DNA of 64,000 nt from Candidatus Eiseniibacteriota bacterium (GTDB taxonomy: Bacteria > Eisenbacteria > RBG-16-71-46 > JACRLI01), in the NCBI GenBank assembly GCA_016235265.1, contig JACRLI010000014.1, positions 247,405-311,404 of the forward strand, given 5' to 3'. Positions within the stretch are counted from its first letter, which is position 1. The number at the start of each line of letters is the position of its first letter. Shown here in pieces: positions 39,228 through 49,710 of this stretch. Below the pieces are notes generated by a model. That model ran no database searches and was not told the DNA's origin. It saw only the letters and a program-made list of their open reading frames with translations. The position numbers and the translations under genes were made by a program.

Positions 39228-40667
39228 ATGAAACCCCGGGGCGAGACTGCACTGCACCACCGCGCCACCCGCATCGTGGCCACGATCGGGCCCGCGTCGC
39301 AGGCCCCCGGCGTGCTGGAGCGCCTGCTGCGCGCCGGCGTGGACGTGGTGCGCGTCAATGGCGCGCACTGCCGCCCCGGGGACATCACCGCGCTGGTGGC
39401 GCGGGTGCGCCGCGCGGAGCGGGCCGTCCGGCGGCCGGTGGGAGTGCTGCTGGATTTGGGTGGACCCAAGATCCGTGTGGTCCCGCTCGCGGGCGGTGTG
39501 GTGGAGTGGAAGACCGGGCAGAGCGTGGAGATCGTGCCCGGCGCCGGCCGCGGCGAAGGCCGGCGGATCCGGGTCAGTTACCCGGCGCTGCTGCGCGACG
39601 TGCATCCCGGGGCGGAGATCCGCATCGACGACGGGCGCATCCGGCTGCGCGTTACGCGCCGAGGGAGGTCCTCGCTCTCCGCGCGCGTGATGGTGGGCGG
39701 GCGCGTGCGCGGCGGGGCCGGCGTGAACTTCCCGCACTCGGAACTCTCGGCGCCCGCGCTCACCGTGAAGGACCGCCGCGACCTCAAGGAGGGCGTGCGC
39801 GCCGGCGTGGACTTCCTGGGCCTCTCGTTCGTGCGCTCCGCCGCGCACGTGCGCCACGTGAAGACGCTGGTGTCGCGGGGCCCGCGGGCGCGGCGCCCGT
39901 GGGTGGTGGCCAAGATCGAGCGCCCCGAGGCGGTGCGCGACCTGGTGGCCATCGCGTCCGAGTCCGACGTGCTCATGGTGGCGCGCGGGGACCTGGGCGT
40001 GGAACTGGGCCTGGCCGCCGTGCCGATGCTGCAGCACGAGATCCTCTCGCTGGGCCGCGCCCTCGCCGTGCCGGTGATCGTGGCCACCCAGATGCTCGAG
40101 ACCATGATCTCCAGCGCCACGCCCACGCGCGCGGAAGTCTCCGACGTCGCGGGTGCGGTGCACGACGGCGCCGACGCCGTGATGCTCTCCGGCGAAACCG
40201 CCACCGGCTCGTTCCCGCTGCAGGCGGTGCGCGTCATGTCCGAGATCGCCTGCGCCGCCGAGGCGCCCGGGAGCTGGGACCTGCCTGGCACGGTTTGCGA
40301 GGATGCCGCCGACGACATCCCGCGCGTGATCACCGAGACCGCCATTCACGCCGCCGAGCTCTCGGGCGCGCGTGCCCTGGTGGTGTACACTGAGTCCGGC
40401 CGCACGGCCCGCATCCTGTCCAAGAACTCACTATCAATTCCCATCGTGGCGCTCACACCCAGCGAGGAAGTGCGGCGGAAGATGTCGCTGCTGCGGCACG
40501 TGGTGTCGTTCCGCATCCCGCTGGCGCGTTCCCTGGACGCGATGCTGGCCTCGGGCGACCGGGTGCTGCGGCGGATGCCGGCGCTGGCCGGGGAGATGGT
40601 GGTGGAGGTTTCGGGGGCGGCGCGGGAGGGGGGGCTCACGAACACGCTGCGCGTCCGCCGGTTGTAG
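39228..40667 (+). CDS. pyk: Pyruvate kinase
   Basis: IVATIGPAS, AKIE, MVARGDLGVE, ATQMLETM, MLSGETA. Confidence 0.96.
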   Translation: MKPRGETALHHRATRIVATIGPASQAPGVLERLLRAGVDVVRVNGAHCRPGDITALVARVRRAERAVRRPVGVLLDLGGPKIRVVPLAGGVVEWKTGQSVEIVPGAGRGEGRRIRVSYPALLRDVHPGAEIRIDDGRIRLRVTRRGRSSLSARVMVGGRVRGGAGVNFPHSELSAPALTVKDRRDLKEGVRAGVDFLGLSFVRSAAHVRHVKTLVSRGPRARRPWVVAKIERPEAVRDLVAIASESDVLMVARGDLGVELGLAAVPMLQHEILSLGRALAVPVIVATQMLETMISSATPTRAEVSDVAGAVHDGADAVMLSGETATGSFPLQAVRVMSEIACAAEAPGSWDLPGTVCEDAADDIPRVITETAIHAAELSGARALVVYTESGRTARILSKNSLSIPIVALTPSEEVRRKMSLLRHVVSFRIPLARSLDAMLASGDRVLRRMPALAGEMVVEVSGAAREGGLTNTLRVRRL

Positions 40668-40897
40668 AGGCTTGGGTTGGTGCCCCTGAATGGGCCTTCC
40701 ACGGGAGGGCGGCGTACTGAAGCTCCCACACGGCAGGGGTTCCTCCAGGAGCCGGGCCGCTCGTCCGTCAGGTCTGGCCTGCCCTGCCCGGCGCTGCGCG
40801 AGAGAGTGGCTGACGACACTCCTATATTCTATCTCTACAATGACATACGTTGGACGCACACCACCCCAGCATCGCCCGTGAATTCCCCGTCCCCATC

Positions 40898-40906
40898 TGC
40901 TACAAT
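40898..40906 (+). promoter_or_regulatory. Extended -10 promoter candidate for ffh
   Basis: TGCTACAAT about 100 bp upstream of the ffh start. Confidence 0.5.
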
Positions 40907-41004
40907 CCCAAATTCGGGTTCTTCCGCCGATCCGGCAACGACCTCCGTGCCTCGCGGGTGGCCGCACCACGCCCTGCCCGGCCGGTAATGCAAGAAAGCA
41001 CTTC

Positions 41005-42324
41005 GTGTTCCAGCAACTGACCTCCCGCCTCGAGGAGGCGTTCAAGAAGCTCCGCGGCGAGAGCCGCCTGACGCCGGAGAACATCAAGGATGCTCTCCGG
41101 GAGGTCCGGCGCGCCCTCCTGGAGGCGGACGTCCACTTCCAGGTGGCGCGGGACTTCACCGCCAAGGTGGAGGCGCGGGCCAGCGGGCAGGAGGTCCTCA
41201 AGGGGCTGTCTCCCGGCCAGCAGGTGGTCCGGGTGGTGCACGAAGAACTGATGAGCATGCTGGGCGGCAAGGCCCATCCCTTGCCGCTGGCGCCCACGCC
41301 GCCCACGACCTGGATGATGGTGGGGCTGCAGGGCTCGGGGAAGACCACCTTCACCGGCAAGCTGGCGCGCTACATGAAGGAGAAGCAGCGCCGCGTGCTG
41401 ATGGCGGCCTGCGACCTGGCGCGACCCGCTGCCATGGACCAGCTGGCCACGCTGGGTCGCCAGTTGGGCGTGGAAGTGTTCGTGGACCGCACCGCCACGC
41501 ACCCGCGCGAGGTGGCTTCGAGGGCCTTTGACCGCGCGCGCGCCGGCAGCTTCGACGTGCTGCTGCTGGACACCGCGGGCCGGCTGCACGTGGACGAGGC
41601 GCTGATGCTGGAGCTGCGCGAGCTCAAGGACGAGGCGAAGCCGCACCAGACGCTGCTGGTGGTGGATGCGATGACCGGCCAGGAGGCGGTGAACGTGGCC
41701 ACCTCCTTCCGCGATGGCGTGGACTTCGACGCGCTGGTGCTGTCCAAGGTGGACGGCGACGCCCGCGGCGGCGCGGCGCTCTCGATCCGGGCCGTGACGG
41801 GCCGTCCCATCCAGTTCCTCTCCAGCGGGGAGAAGCTGGACGCGATGGAGCTGTTCCACCCCGACCGGGTGGCTTCGCGCATCCTCGGCATGGGCGACGT
41901 GCTCACGCTGGTGGAGCGCGCGGAGAACGCCGTCGAGATGGAGCAGGCCGCGGCGATGGCGGAGAAGCTCCGCCGCGAGACCTTCACCTTCGAGGACTTC
42001 CTGGAGCAGCTCCAGGCGGTCAAGAAGATGGGCCCGCTGGGGGAGGTGCTGCGCATGATCCCCGGCGTGTCCGCGAAGCTGCCCGACGACGTGGAAGTGG
42101 ACGAGTCGGGGCTGAAGCGCGTGGAGGCCATCATCCGCTCCATGACGCCCAGGGAGCGGCACCAGCCGAAGATCATCGACGGCAGCCGCCGCAAGCGCAT
42201 CGCGCGCGGCAGCGGCACCTCGGTGCAGGAGGTGAACCAGCTCTTGCGCCAGTTCACCGACATGCAGAAGATGATGCGGCAGATGAAGAAGATGGGCCGG
42301 GGCAGGCTGCCGGCCTTCAGGTAG
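41005..42324 (+). CDS. ffh: Signal recognition particle protein
   Basis: GLQGSGKTT, DTAGR, DGDARGG, RILGMGD, SRRKRIARGSG. Confidence 0.98.
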   Translation: MFQQLTSRLEEAFKKLRGESRLTPENIKDALREVRRALLEADVHFQVARDFTAKVEARASGQEVLKGLSPGQQVVRVVHEELMSMLGGKAHPLPLAPTPPTTWMMVGLQGSGKTTFTGKLARYMKEKQRRVLMAACDLARPAAMDQLATLGRQLGVEVFVDRTATHPREVASRAFDRARAGSFDVLLLDTAGRLHVDEALMLELRELKDEAKPHQTLLVVDAMTGQEAVNVATSFRDGVDFDALVLSKVDGDARGGAALSIRAVTGRPIQFLSSGEKLDAMELFHPDRVASRILGMGDVLTLVERAENAVEMEQAAAMAEKLRRETFTFEDFLEQLQAVKKMGPLGEVLRMIPGVSAKLPDDVEVDESGLKRVEAIIRSMTPRERHQPKIIDGSRRKRIARGSGTSVQEVNQLLRQFTDMQKMMRQMKKMGRGRLPAFR

Positions 42325-42388
42325 GGAAGGCGTTCCTTCCTGCCGAAAGATGTTCCAATACACAGGCAGGCACGAATGCCTGCCACAC
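42321..42388. repeat. GTAG-family REP inverted doublet
   Basis: GTAGGGAAGGCGTTCCTTCCTGCC...GGCAGGCACGAATGCCTGCCACAC. Confidence 0.75.
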
Positions 42389-42414
42389 ACTCCAAACGAC
42401 CCAAGGGAGGTTGC

Positions 42415-42816
42415 ATGGCAGTCGTCATCCGTCTGAATGTCCGCGGACGTAAGCACCTGGCGTTCCACAAGGTGGTCGTGGCGGACTCGCGCGCGCCGCG
42501 GGACGGGCGCCACATCGAGATCCTGGGCCACTACGACCCGCTGCGGGACCCTGCGGAGTTCATCGTGGACGAGGCCCGCACCAAGTACTGGCTGGAGAAG
42601 GGCGCCCAGCCCAGCGAGAAGGTGGCGGCCCTGCTGCGCGCGCACGGCATCCGCCTTCCCGAGAAGATGAGCAAGCCGAAGAAGAAGAAGGAGCGCACCA
42701 AGCCCGCCGCCTCGAAGGTCGCCGCCTCCAAGGCCGCGCGCGCCAAGTCCGCGGCGAAGAAGGCCGCCCCGAAGAAGGCCAAGCCGGCCAAGAAGAAGGC
42801 CGAGAAGAAGAGCTAG
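42415..42816 (+). CDS. rpsP: 30S ribosomal protein S16 with a Lys/Ala-rich tail
   Basis: MAVVIRL, VVADSRAPRDG, LGHYDP, GAQPSE. Confidence 0.96.
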   Translation: MAVVIRLNVRGRKHLAFHKVVVADSRAPRDGRHIEILGHYDPLRDPAEFIVDEARTKYWLEKGAQPSEKVAALLRAHGIRLPEKMSKPKKKKERTKPAASKVAASKAARAKSAAKKAAPKKAKPAKKKAEKKS

Positions 42817-42823
42817 GGCCGCC

Positions 42824-44104
42824 ATGCTCGACGTCAAGTTCATCCGCAACCAGCCCGACCGAGTGCGGTGGGCGGTGGAGCAGAAGGGCGCGGACCCGCG
42901 CGCCGACGTGGACCGCTTCCTGGCGCTCGACGAGGACCGCCGCCGCATCACCACCGAAGTGGACGACCTGCGCGCGAAGCGCAACGCCGCCTCCGAGGAG
43001 ATCGGCAGGAAGGCCAAGGCCGGGGGCGACAAGACCGAGCTGGAGGGGATGAAGGCGAAGATGCGCGACGTGGGCGCGCGCATCGCCGAGCTGGAGAAGG
43101 GGCTGACCGCGCTGGAGGAGGAGCAGGACGGCCTCGCGCGCTGGATCCCCAACGTGCCACACGAGAGCGTGCCCGCGGGCGACGCCTCGAAGAACGTGGT
43201 GGTGCGGGAGTGGGGCACGCCGGCCCCGGCGGGGCAGGCGCTGCCGCACTGGGAGATCGGGGCCAAGCTGGGGGTGCTGGACTTCGAGCGCGCCAGCAAG
43301 GTCTCGGGCTCGGGGTTCATCCTCTACACCGGCCTGGGTGCCAGGCTGGAGCGGGCGCTGATCCAGTTCTTCCTGGATGCCAACGGGCGCCGCGGCTACC
43401 GCGAGGTGTCACCGCCCTACCTGATCCGGCCGGAGTGCCTGTTCGGCACGGGCCAGCTGCCCAAGCTGGAAAGCGACATGTACAAGCTGCAGGACGAGGA
43501 CCTGTACCTCAATCCCACGGCCGAGGTGCCGGTCACCAACATCTACCGCGACGAGATCCTGCCCGGCGAGCAGCTGCCCATCAAACTCACGGCGTACTGC
43601 CCCAGCTTCCGCCGCGAGGCGGGCGCGGCCGGCCGCGACACCCGCGGCATGGTCCGGGTGCACCAGTTCGACAAGGTGGAGGGTGTGAAGTTCGTGGCGC
43701 CCGAGACTTCCTACGACGAGCTGGAAGCGCTGGTGGGCGACGCGGAGGAGCTGCTCAAGGCCCTGGAGCTGCCCTACCGGGTGCTGCTGCTCGCTTCGGG
43801 CGACATGAGCTTCGCGGCCAGCAAGTGCTACGACCTGGAGGTGTGGGCGCCCGCCGAGGGGCGCTGGCTGGAAGTCAGCTCGTGCAGCTGCTTCGAGGCC
43901 TTCCAGGCGCGGCGCGCCAACATCCGCTTCCGGCGCGACGCCAAGTCCAAGCCCGAGCACGTGCACACGCTGAACGGCTCGCTGCTGGCGCTGCCGCGGA
44001 TCGTCGTCGGGCTGCTGGAGCAGCACCAGGATCCCGACGGCCGCGTGCGGGTGCCGAAGGCGCTGCGGCCGTACCTGGAAGGACGCGAGTACCTGGAGGA
44101 CTAG
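42824..44104 (+). CDS. serS: Serine-tRNA ligase
   Basis: GTGQLPK, PTAEVP, FRREAG, RVHQFDKVE, EVSSCS, TLNGS. Confidence 0.98.
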   Translation: MLDVKFIRNQPDRVRWAVEQKGADPRADVDRFLALDEDRRRITTEVDDLRAKRNAASEEIGRKAKAGGDKTELEGMKAKMRDVGARIAELEKGLTALEEEQDGLARWIPNVPHESVPAGDASKNVVVREWGTPAPAGQALPHWEIGAKLGVLDFERASKVSGSGFILYTGLGARLERALIQFFLDANGRRGYREVSPPYLIRPECLFGTGQLPKLESDMYKLQDEDLYLNPTAEVPVTNIYRDEILPGEQLPIKLTAYCPSFRREAGAAGRDTRGMVRVHQFDKVEGVKFVAPETSYDELEALVGDAEELLKALELPYRVLLLASGDMSFAASKCYDLEVWAPAEGRWLEVSSCSCFEAFQARRANIRFRRDAKSKPEHVHTLNGSLLALPRIVVGLLEQHQDPDGRVRVPKALRPYLEGREYLED

Positions 44105-44152
44105 GGCCCGGGTGCGCCCTCGCGGCCCGGCCCTCCACCCGGAGGCAACGGA

Positions 44153-45430
44153 GTGCCGACGTCCCGCTCCACCCGCCTGCCGCCCCGCTTGAGGGTCCTG
44201 CTGGTGACCCTGAGCCTCGGGCTCCTCGTGGCGGTGTTCTTCCTCACCAACAGCATCATCGGCCAGCTGCGCGGCCAGACCGAGGATCTCTCGCGCTGGG
44301 TGGCGCAGTTCTGCGCCGACGCGTCGTTCCCCGCGAGCGCCGACACCACCATCGCGCCCATCTTCCGCAAGCTGGTGGACCGGATCAAGTTCCCGCTGGT
44401 GATCACCGACGACCAGGGGCGCCCGCGCGCGTGGAAGGGCATCCGCGTGAGCCCCACCGCGGTCTCGGCGGACGACATCAACCGCGTGGGCACCACCGAC
44501 CTTCCCATGCGCGTGCGTGCCGTGCTCGCGGAAGTGGCCGACGAGGCGCGCCGCCTGGACCAGCTGAACACGCCCATCGCGATGAAGAGCCCCGAGAACG
44601 GGAGTGTGATCGGCTACGTGCACTACGGCAATCCCACCGCGCTGCGCAGCCTGCGCTGGATCCCGGTGGCGCAGGTGCTGGCGATCCTCGTGTTCGTGGT
44701 GCTGGGCTACTGGCTGCTGCGGAGCGTGCGCCTGCACGAGCAGCGCAGCATCTACGTGGGGATGGCGCGCGAGACCGCCCACCAGCTGGGCACGCCGCTC
44801 TCCTCGCTGGCCGGCTGGCTGGAGCTGCTGCGCGAGCGCACCTCGCACCAGGAGGGCCCGGAGGTGCGCCTGCCGTCCGAGTCCTTCCGCGAGACGCTGG
44901 AGGAGATGCAGAACGACGCGGACCGGCTCAACACCGTGGCCGCGCGGTTCAGCCGCGTGGGCTCGGAGCCCATCCTGACCCAGCAGGACGTCGTGCCGAT
45001 CGTGCGCGAGGCCGTGCTATACTTCCGAAAACGCCTGCCGCAGCAGTCCACGCGCGTGTCCGTCGCCGAGCACTACGACGAAGTCCCCCCGGTCAACGTG
45101 AACCGGGAGCTGCTCTCCTGGGCCGTGGAGAACCTCCTGAACAACGCGCTGAACGCCAGCGGGCCCGGGGACGGGCGCGTGCAGGTCACCGTGCGCCGCC
45201 GGAGGCAGCGGGAGGCGGTGGAGATCGAGGTGCGCGACAACGGCCGCGGCATGACCGCCGCCGAGCGCGAGCGGGCCTTCGAGCCCGGCTTCACCACGCG
45301 CAAGCGCGGGTGGGGCCTGGGGCTCACGCTGGTGCGGCGCATCGTCGAGGAATACCACGGGGGACGCGTGGACATCGCCCAGACCGAGCAGGGCAAGGGC
45401 ACCGCGTTCGTCATCTCGTTCCCCACCTAG
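44153..45430 (+). CDS. Membrane sensor histidine kinase
   Basis: Two TM helices, ARETAHQLGTPLS H-box, ENLLNNA, DNGRG, GWGLGL. Confidence 0.94.
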   Translation: MPTSRSTRLPPRLRVLLVTLSLGLLVAVFFLTNSIIGQLRGQTEDLSRWVAQFCADASFPASADTTIAPIFRKLVDRIKFPLVITDDQGRPRAWKGIRVSPTAVSADDINRVGTTDLPMRVRAVLAEVADEARRLDQLNTPIAMKSPENGSVIGYVHYGNPTALRSLRWIPVAQVLAILVFVVLGYWLLRSVRLHEQRSIYVGMARETAHQLGTPLSSLAGWLELLRERTSHQEGPEVRLPSESFRETLEEMQNDADRLNTVAARFSRVGSEPILTQQDVVPIVREAVLYFRKRLPQQSTRVSVAEHYDEVPPVNVNRELLSWAVENLLNNALNASGPGDGRVQVTVRRRRQREAVEIEVRDNGRGMTAAERERAFEPGFTTRKRGWGLGLTLVRRIVEEYHGGRVDIAQTEQGKGTAFVISFPT

Positions 45431-45468
45431 GGCCGCCGATGCCGGCGGCTTCCGGATCGAAAGGCGCC

Positions 45469-47043
45469 ATGGCGGAACTCCGCAGAAGAATCCTCTGGGC
45501 CGACGACGAGATCGAGTTTCTCAAGCCCCACATCCTGTTCCTGAAGGACAAGGGATACGACGTCACGCCGGTGTCCAACGGCCGCGACGCCGTGGAGAAG
45601 GTGCGCACCGAGGCGTTCGAGGCGGTGCTGCTCGACGAGATGATGCCCGGCATGGGCGGCCTCGAGACCCTGGACCTCCTCAAGCAGATCTCGCCGGGCC
45701 TGCCGGTGATCCTGGTCACCAAGAGCGAGGAAGAGCAGCTGATGGAGGACGCCATCGGGCGGCGCATCAGCGGCTATCTCATCAAGCCGGTGAACCCCAC
45801 GCAGATCCAGCTGGAGCTCAAGCGGGTGCTGGAGGGCGGCAAGCTCGAGGACCGCCGCCTCACGCGCGACTTCGTGGCGGAGCTCACGCGCATCCGCACC
45901 ACCGAAGTGGGCGGGCTGGACTGGCGCGGATGGATGCAGCTGTACCGGCGCATCGTGGAGTGGGAGCTGGAGCTGGAGTCGCTGCGCGACCGCAGCCTGG
46001 CCGACGCGCTGGCCGAGCAGAAGCGCAGCTTCAACCTGGAATTCGGCCGCTACGTGGAGCAGCACTACGGTCGCTGGGTGCGTGACAAGGCCAATCCCGA
46101 CCGCCCGGTGCTCTCGGTGGACGTGGTGGGCCGCGTGGTGGTCCCGCGGCTGCTGGAGGGCCGCCAGGTGGCGCTGCTGGTGATCGACTGCCTGCGCCTG
46201 GACCAGTGGCTGGCGCTGGAGAAGCTGCTGGAGCCGCACTTCGACATCAAGTGCGAGGAGTATTACTCCATTCTGCCCACGGCCACGCCGTACTCGCGCA
46301 ACGCGCTGTTCAGCGGCCTCACGCCGCTGGAGATGCACCGGCAGTTCCCGGAGCACTGGAGCGAGAGCGAGGGCGACGAGGGCAGCAAGAACCGCCACGA
46401 GCGGTTCTTCCTGGAGCAGCACCTGGGACGCCTGGGCGTGCCCGACGCGGGCAACCTCAAGTACTTCAAGGTGTACACCGCCGAGGAGGGCATGAGCGTG
46501 CGCCGCCAGGTGGGCGGGATGCGGAAGCTCCCCCTGGTGGCGATGGTCTACAACTTCGTGGATACCTTCTCACACGGCCGCTCGGAAGTGGAGATCCTCC
46601 AGGAGTTCGTGCCCGACGAGGCCGCCTTCCGCGCCCACGTGGCCACCTGGTTCAACCACTCCTCGCTGTTCGACACGCTGCGGCAGCTGGCGGTGCAGGA
46701 CGTGACCGTGGTGGTGACCACCGACCATGGTTCCATCCTGGCCAAGCGCTCGGCGCTGGTGAAGGCCAACCGCGAGACGTCCACCAGCCTGCGCTACAAG
46801 TACGGCAACAACCTGGTGTGCGACGACCGCCAGAGTATGCACATCAAGAACCCCGCCGAGTGCATGCTGCCGGACACCGGCCTCAACAAGCACTACCTGA
46901 TGGCGAAGGAGGATTTCTACTTCGTCTACCGCAACCGGTTCCACGAATACGAGCGGCAGTACCGCGGCAGTTTCCAGCACGGGGGCATCTCCATGGAGGA
47001 GATGATCCTGCCGCTGGCGGTGCTGGAGCCGCGAAAGGCGTAG
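45469..47043 (+). CDS. porX: PorX-like response regulator (receiver + PglZ/alkaline phosphatase domain)
   Basis: ILWADDEI, LLDEMMPG, TKSEEE; IDCLRLDQW, ILPTATPYSRN, TTDHG, FQHGGISMEEM. Confidence 0.9.
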   Translation: MAELRRRILWADDEIEFLKPHILFLKDKGYDVTPVSNGRDAVEKVRTEAFEAVLLDEMMPGMGGLETLDLLKQISPGLPVILVTKSEEEQLMEDAIGRRISGYLIKPVNPTQIQLELKRVLEGGKLEDRRLTRDFVAELTRIRTTEVGGLDWRGWMQLYRRIVEWELELESLRDRSLADALAEQKRSFNLEFGRYVEQHYGRWVRDKANPDRPVLSVDVVGRVVVPRLLEGRQVALLVIDCLRLDQWLALEKLLEPHFDIKCEEYYSILPTATPYSRNALFSGLTPLEMHRQFPEHWSESEGDEGSKNRHERFFLEQHLGRLGVPDAGNLKYFKVYTAEEGMSVRRQVGGMRKLPLVAMVYNFVDTFSHGRSEVEILQEFVPDEAAFRAHVATWFNHSSLFDTLRQLAVQDVTVVVTTDHGSILAKRSALVKANRETSTSLRYKYGNNLVCDDRQSMHIKNPAECMLPDTGLNKHYLMAKEDFYFVYRNRFHEYERQYRGSFQHGGISMEEMILPLAVLEPRKA

Positions 47044-47050
47044 GGGATCG

Positions 47051-47659
47051 GTGGGCCTCAAGGAGGCGCCGCGCGCGTCGCGCCGCGAGTTCCTGCCCGA
47101 TGCCGCCGCCACCGAGCGCCTGGGGGAGCGGCTGGCGGGGCTGCTGGAGCCGCGCGACGTCGTGGTGCTGACCGGCCCGCTGGGCGCGGGCAAGACCACG
47201 CTGGTGCGCGGTCTCGCACGCGGCCTGGGCAGCGCCTCCCATGTGCGCAGCGCCTCCTTCGCATGGGTGCAGGAATACCGCGCCCGGATCCCGCTGGTGC
47301 ACCTGGACCTCTACCGCCTGCGCCACCCCGAAGATCTGGATGGCATCGGCTGGGACGAGTACCGCGAGCGCGACGCCGTGCTGGTGGTCGAATGGGGCGA
47401 GCGGGCCGGGGCGGCGCTGCCGGACGCGCGCTGGGAAGTGACGCTGGAGACGGAAGGCGACGGCCGGGTGGCGCGCATGGAAGCCCGTGGCGAAGGCCCG
47501 GTGCGGCGCGCGGCGGGCTGGGCGGCGGACGCGGCGGGCACGGCCGGCACGGCGGGCACGGCGGACGCGGCGGGCACGGCGGACGCGGGGGACGCGGCAG
47601 GCACGGCGGACGCGGCGGGCACGGCCGGCGCAGCGGACCCGGCCGGGAGCGGCGCATGA
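47051..47659 (+). CDS. tsaE: tRNA threonylcarbamoyladenosine ATPase TsaE
   Basis: GPLGAGKTT, HLDLYRL, VEWGE. Confidence 0.94.
   Translation: MGLKEAPRASRREFLPDAAATERLGERLAGLLEPRDVVVLTGPLGAGKTTLVRGLARGLGSASHVRSASFAWVQEYRARIPLVHLDLYRLRHPEDLDGIGWDEYRERDAVLVVEWGERAGAALPDARWEVTLETEGDGRVARMEARGEGPVRRAAGWAADAAGTAGTAGTADAAGTADAGDAAGTADAAGTAGAADPAGSGA
47521..47650 (+). repeat. Imperfect 9/18-bp tandem repeats in the tsaE 3' end
   Basis: GCGGACGCG/GCGGGCACG units encoding ADAAGTAGT... Confidence 0.8.
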
Positions 47660-48393
47660 TGCGCCTCGCGCTCGAGACCGCCTCCCACTGGATCGGCGTG
47701 GCGCTGCTGGACGGGGAGCGCGTGCTGGCGGAGTTCCACGAACAGCGCCCCACGGGCCAGTCCGGGGCGCTCACCCCGGCGGTGCGCCTGGTGCTGGAGC
47801 GAGCGGGTGTGACGCTTGCCGAAGTGCGCGGGCTGGCGGTCTGCGAAGGGCCCGGGTCGTTCACCGGCCTTCGTGTGGGGGCGGCGTTCGGCCGGGCGCT
47901 GGCCGACGCCCGGGGCATTCCCATCGTGCCGGTGCCGGCCACGCTGGCCCTGGCGCTGGGCGCGGCGGTGGAGGTGGCGTCGCCCGCGCGGGTGGTGATG
48001 GCCGCCGCGGGAGATGTGGCGTTCTCGCAGGCGCTGGCGGCGGCCTCCGGCAGGGTTGTGGAGGTGGTGGCCTCCACCGGGTTGGAGCCCGCCTCGATGA
48101 GCGCTGCTGCGGCTGGCCGGGGGCTTCCCGTGCCCGTCGCCGCCGCGCCCCTGGAGCGCATCTGCTACGCCGAACTGGTCTCGGCCCCGGCCGCCGCCGG
48201 CGAGGTCTGGGTGTGCGACCCGGTGGCTGCCGGGAAGCTGGTCGGGGCCGCCGCGCGCCTGGTGGTGCTGGAACCGCGGGCGGCCTGGGTGGGCGTCTAC
48301 GCTGAGCGCGCGGGCCGGGCGGCCCCCGCGCGGGAGTTCCTGCCGGTCTATGGCCATCGACCCGCGTTCCGGAAGCGCGTCCGGCCCACTTGA
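47656..48393 (+). CDS. tsaB: TsaB (YeaZ)
   Basis: LALETAS, GPGSFTGLRVG. Confidence 0.92.
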   Translation: MMRLALETASHWIGVALLDGERVLAEFHEQRPTGQSGALTPAVRLVLERAGVTLAEVRGLAVCEGPGSFTGLRVGAAFGRALADARGIPIVPVPATLALALGAAVEVASPARVVMAAAGDVAFSQALAAASGRVVEVVASTGLEPASMSAAAAGRGLPVPVAAAPLERICYAELVSAPAAAGEVWVCDPVAAGKLVGAAARLVVLEPRAAWVGVYAERAGRAAPAREFLPVYGHRPAFRKRVRPT

Positions 48394-48849
48394 AATCGGG
48401 CCCCTGAGGCCGGAAGATGTCCCGGAGGTCGCCGCCGTGGAGCGGCGGATCTTCGTGGACCCGTGGCCGGAGTCGGCGTTCCGCAACGAGCTTGCCGATC
48501 CGCTGCTCTCGTGGGTGCGCGTGGCGCGCCGGGACGGGCTGCTGGCCGGGTACCTGGTGGCGTGGCGGGTGAGTGTCGAGGTGCACCTGACGAACGTGGG
48601 CGTGGTGCCCGAGTTCCGCCGCCAGGGGGTGGCGCAGGCGCTGCTGGACGATCTGCTGGCCGAGGCGGACCGGATGCGGGCCGAGATGATCACGCTGGAA
48701 GTGCGCGCCTCCAACCTGGCGGCCATCGCGCTGTACGAGCGCAACGGCTTCCGCCGCATGGGCGTGCGCAGGCGATACTACACGGTGGGCCGCGAGGACG
48801 CGCTGGTGATGACGCTGGACCTGGCGGCGAGGCACACGGAAGGGGACGC

Positions 48850-48853
<4 letters not shown>
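48350..48853 (+). CDS. rimI: Ribosomal protein alanine N-acetyltransferase
   Basis: FRRQGVA, LEVRASN, AIALY, RRRYY...EDA. Confidence 0.93.

Positions 48854-49702
<849 letters not shown>

Positions 49703-49710
<8 letters not shown>

Noticed and set aside
40668-41004. Possible SRP RNA or other ncRNA upstream of ffh
   Set aside because: No SRP helix-8 consensus (CAGG..GGAA..AGCAG) found; only an AT-rich patch and promoter-like boxes
42868-45468. 1391-aa ORF suggesting a giant PorX fusion
   Set aside because: The upstream part is an off-frame shadow of serS and the kinase, typical of high-GC DNA
45469-47043. PglZ domain as evidence of a BREX system
   Set aside because: It is fused to a receiver domain in porX-tsaE context, and no brx genes are present
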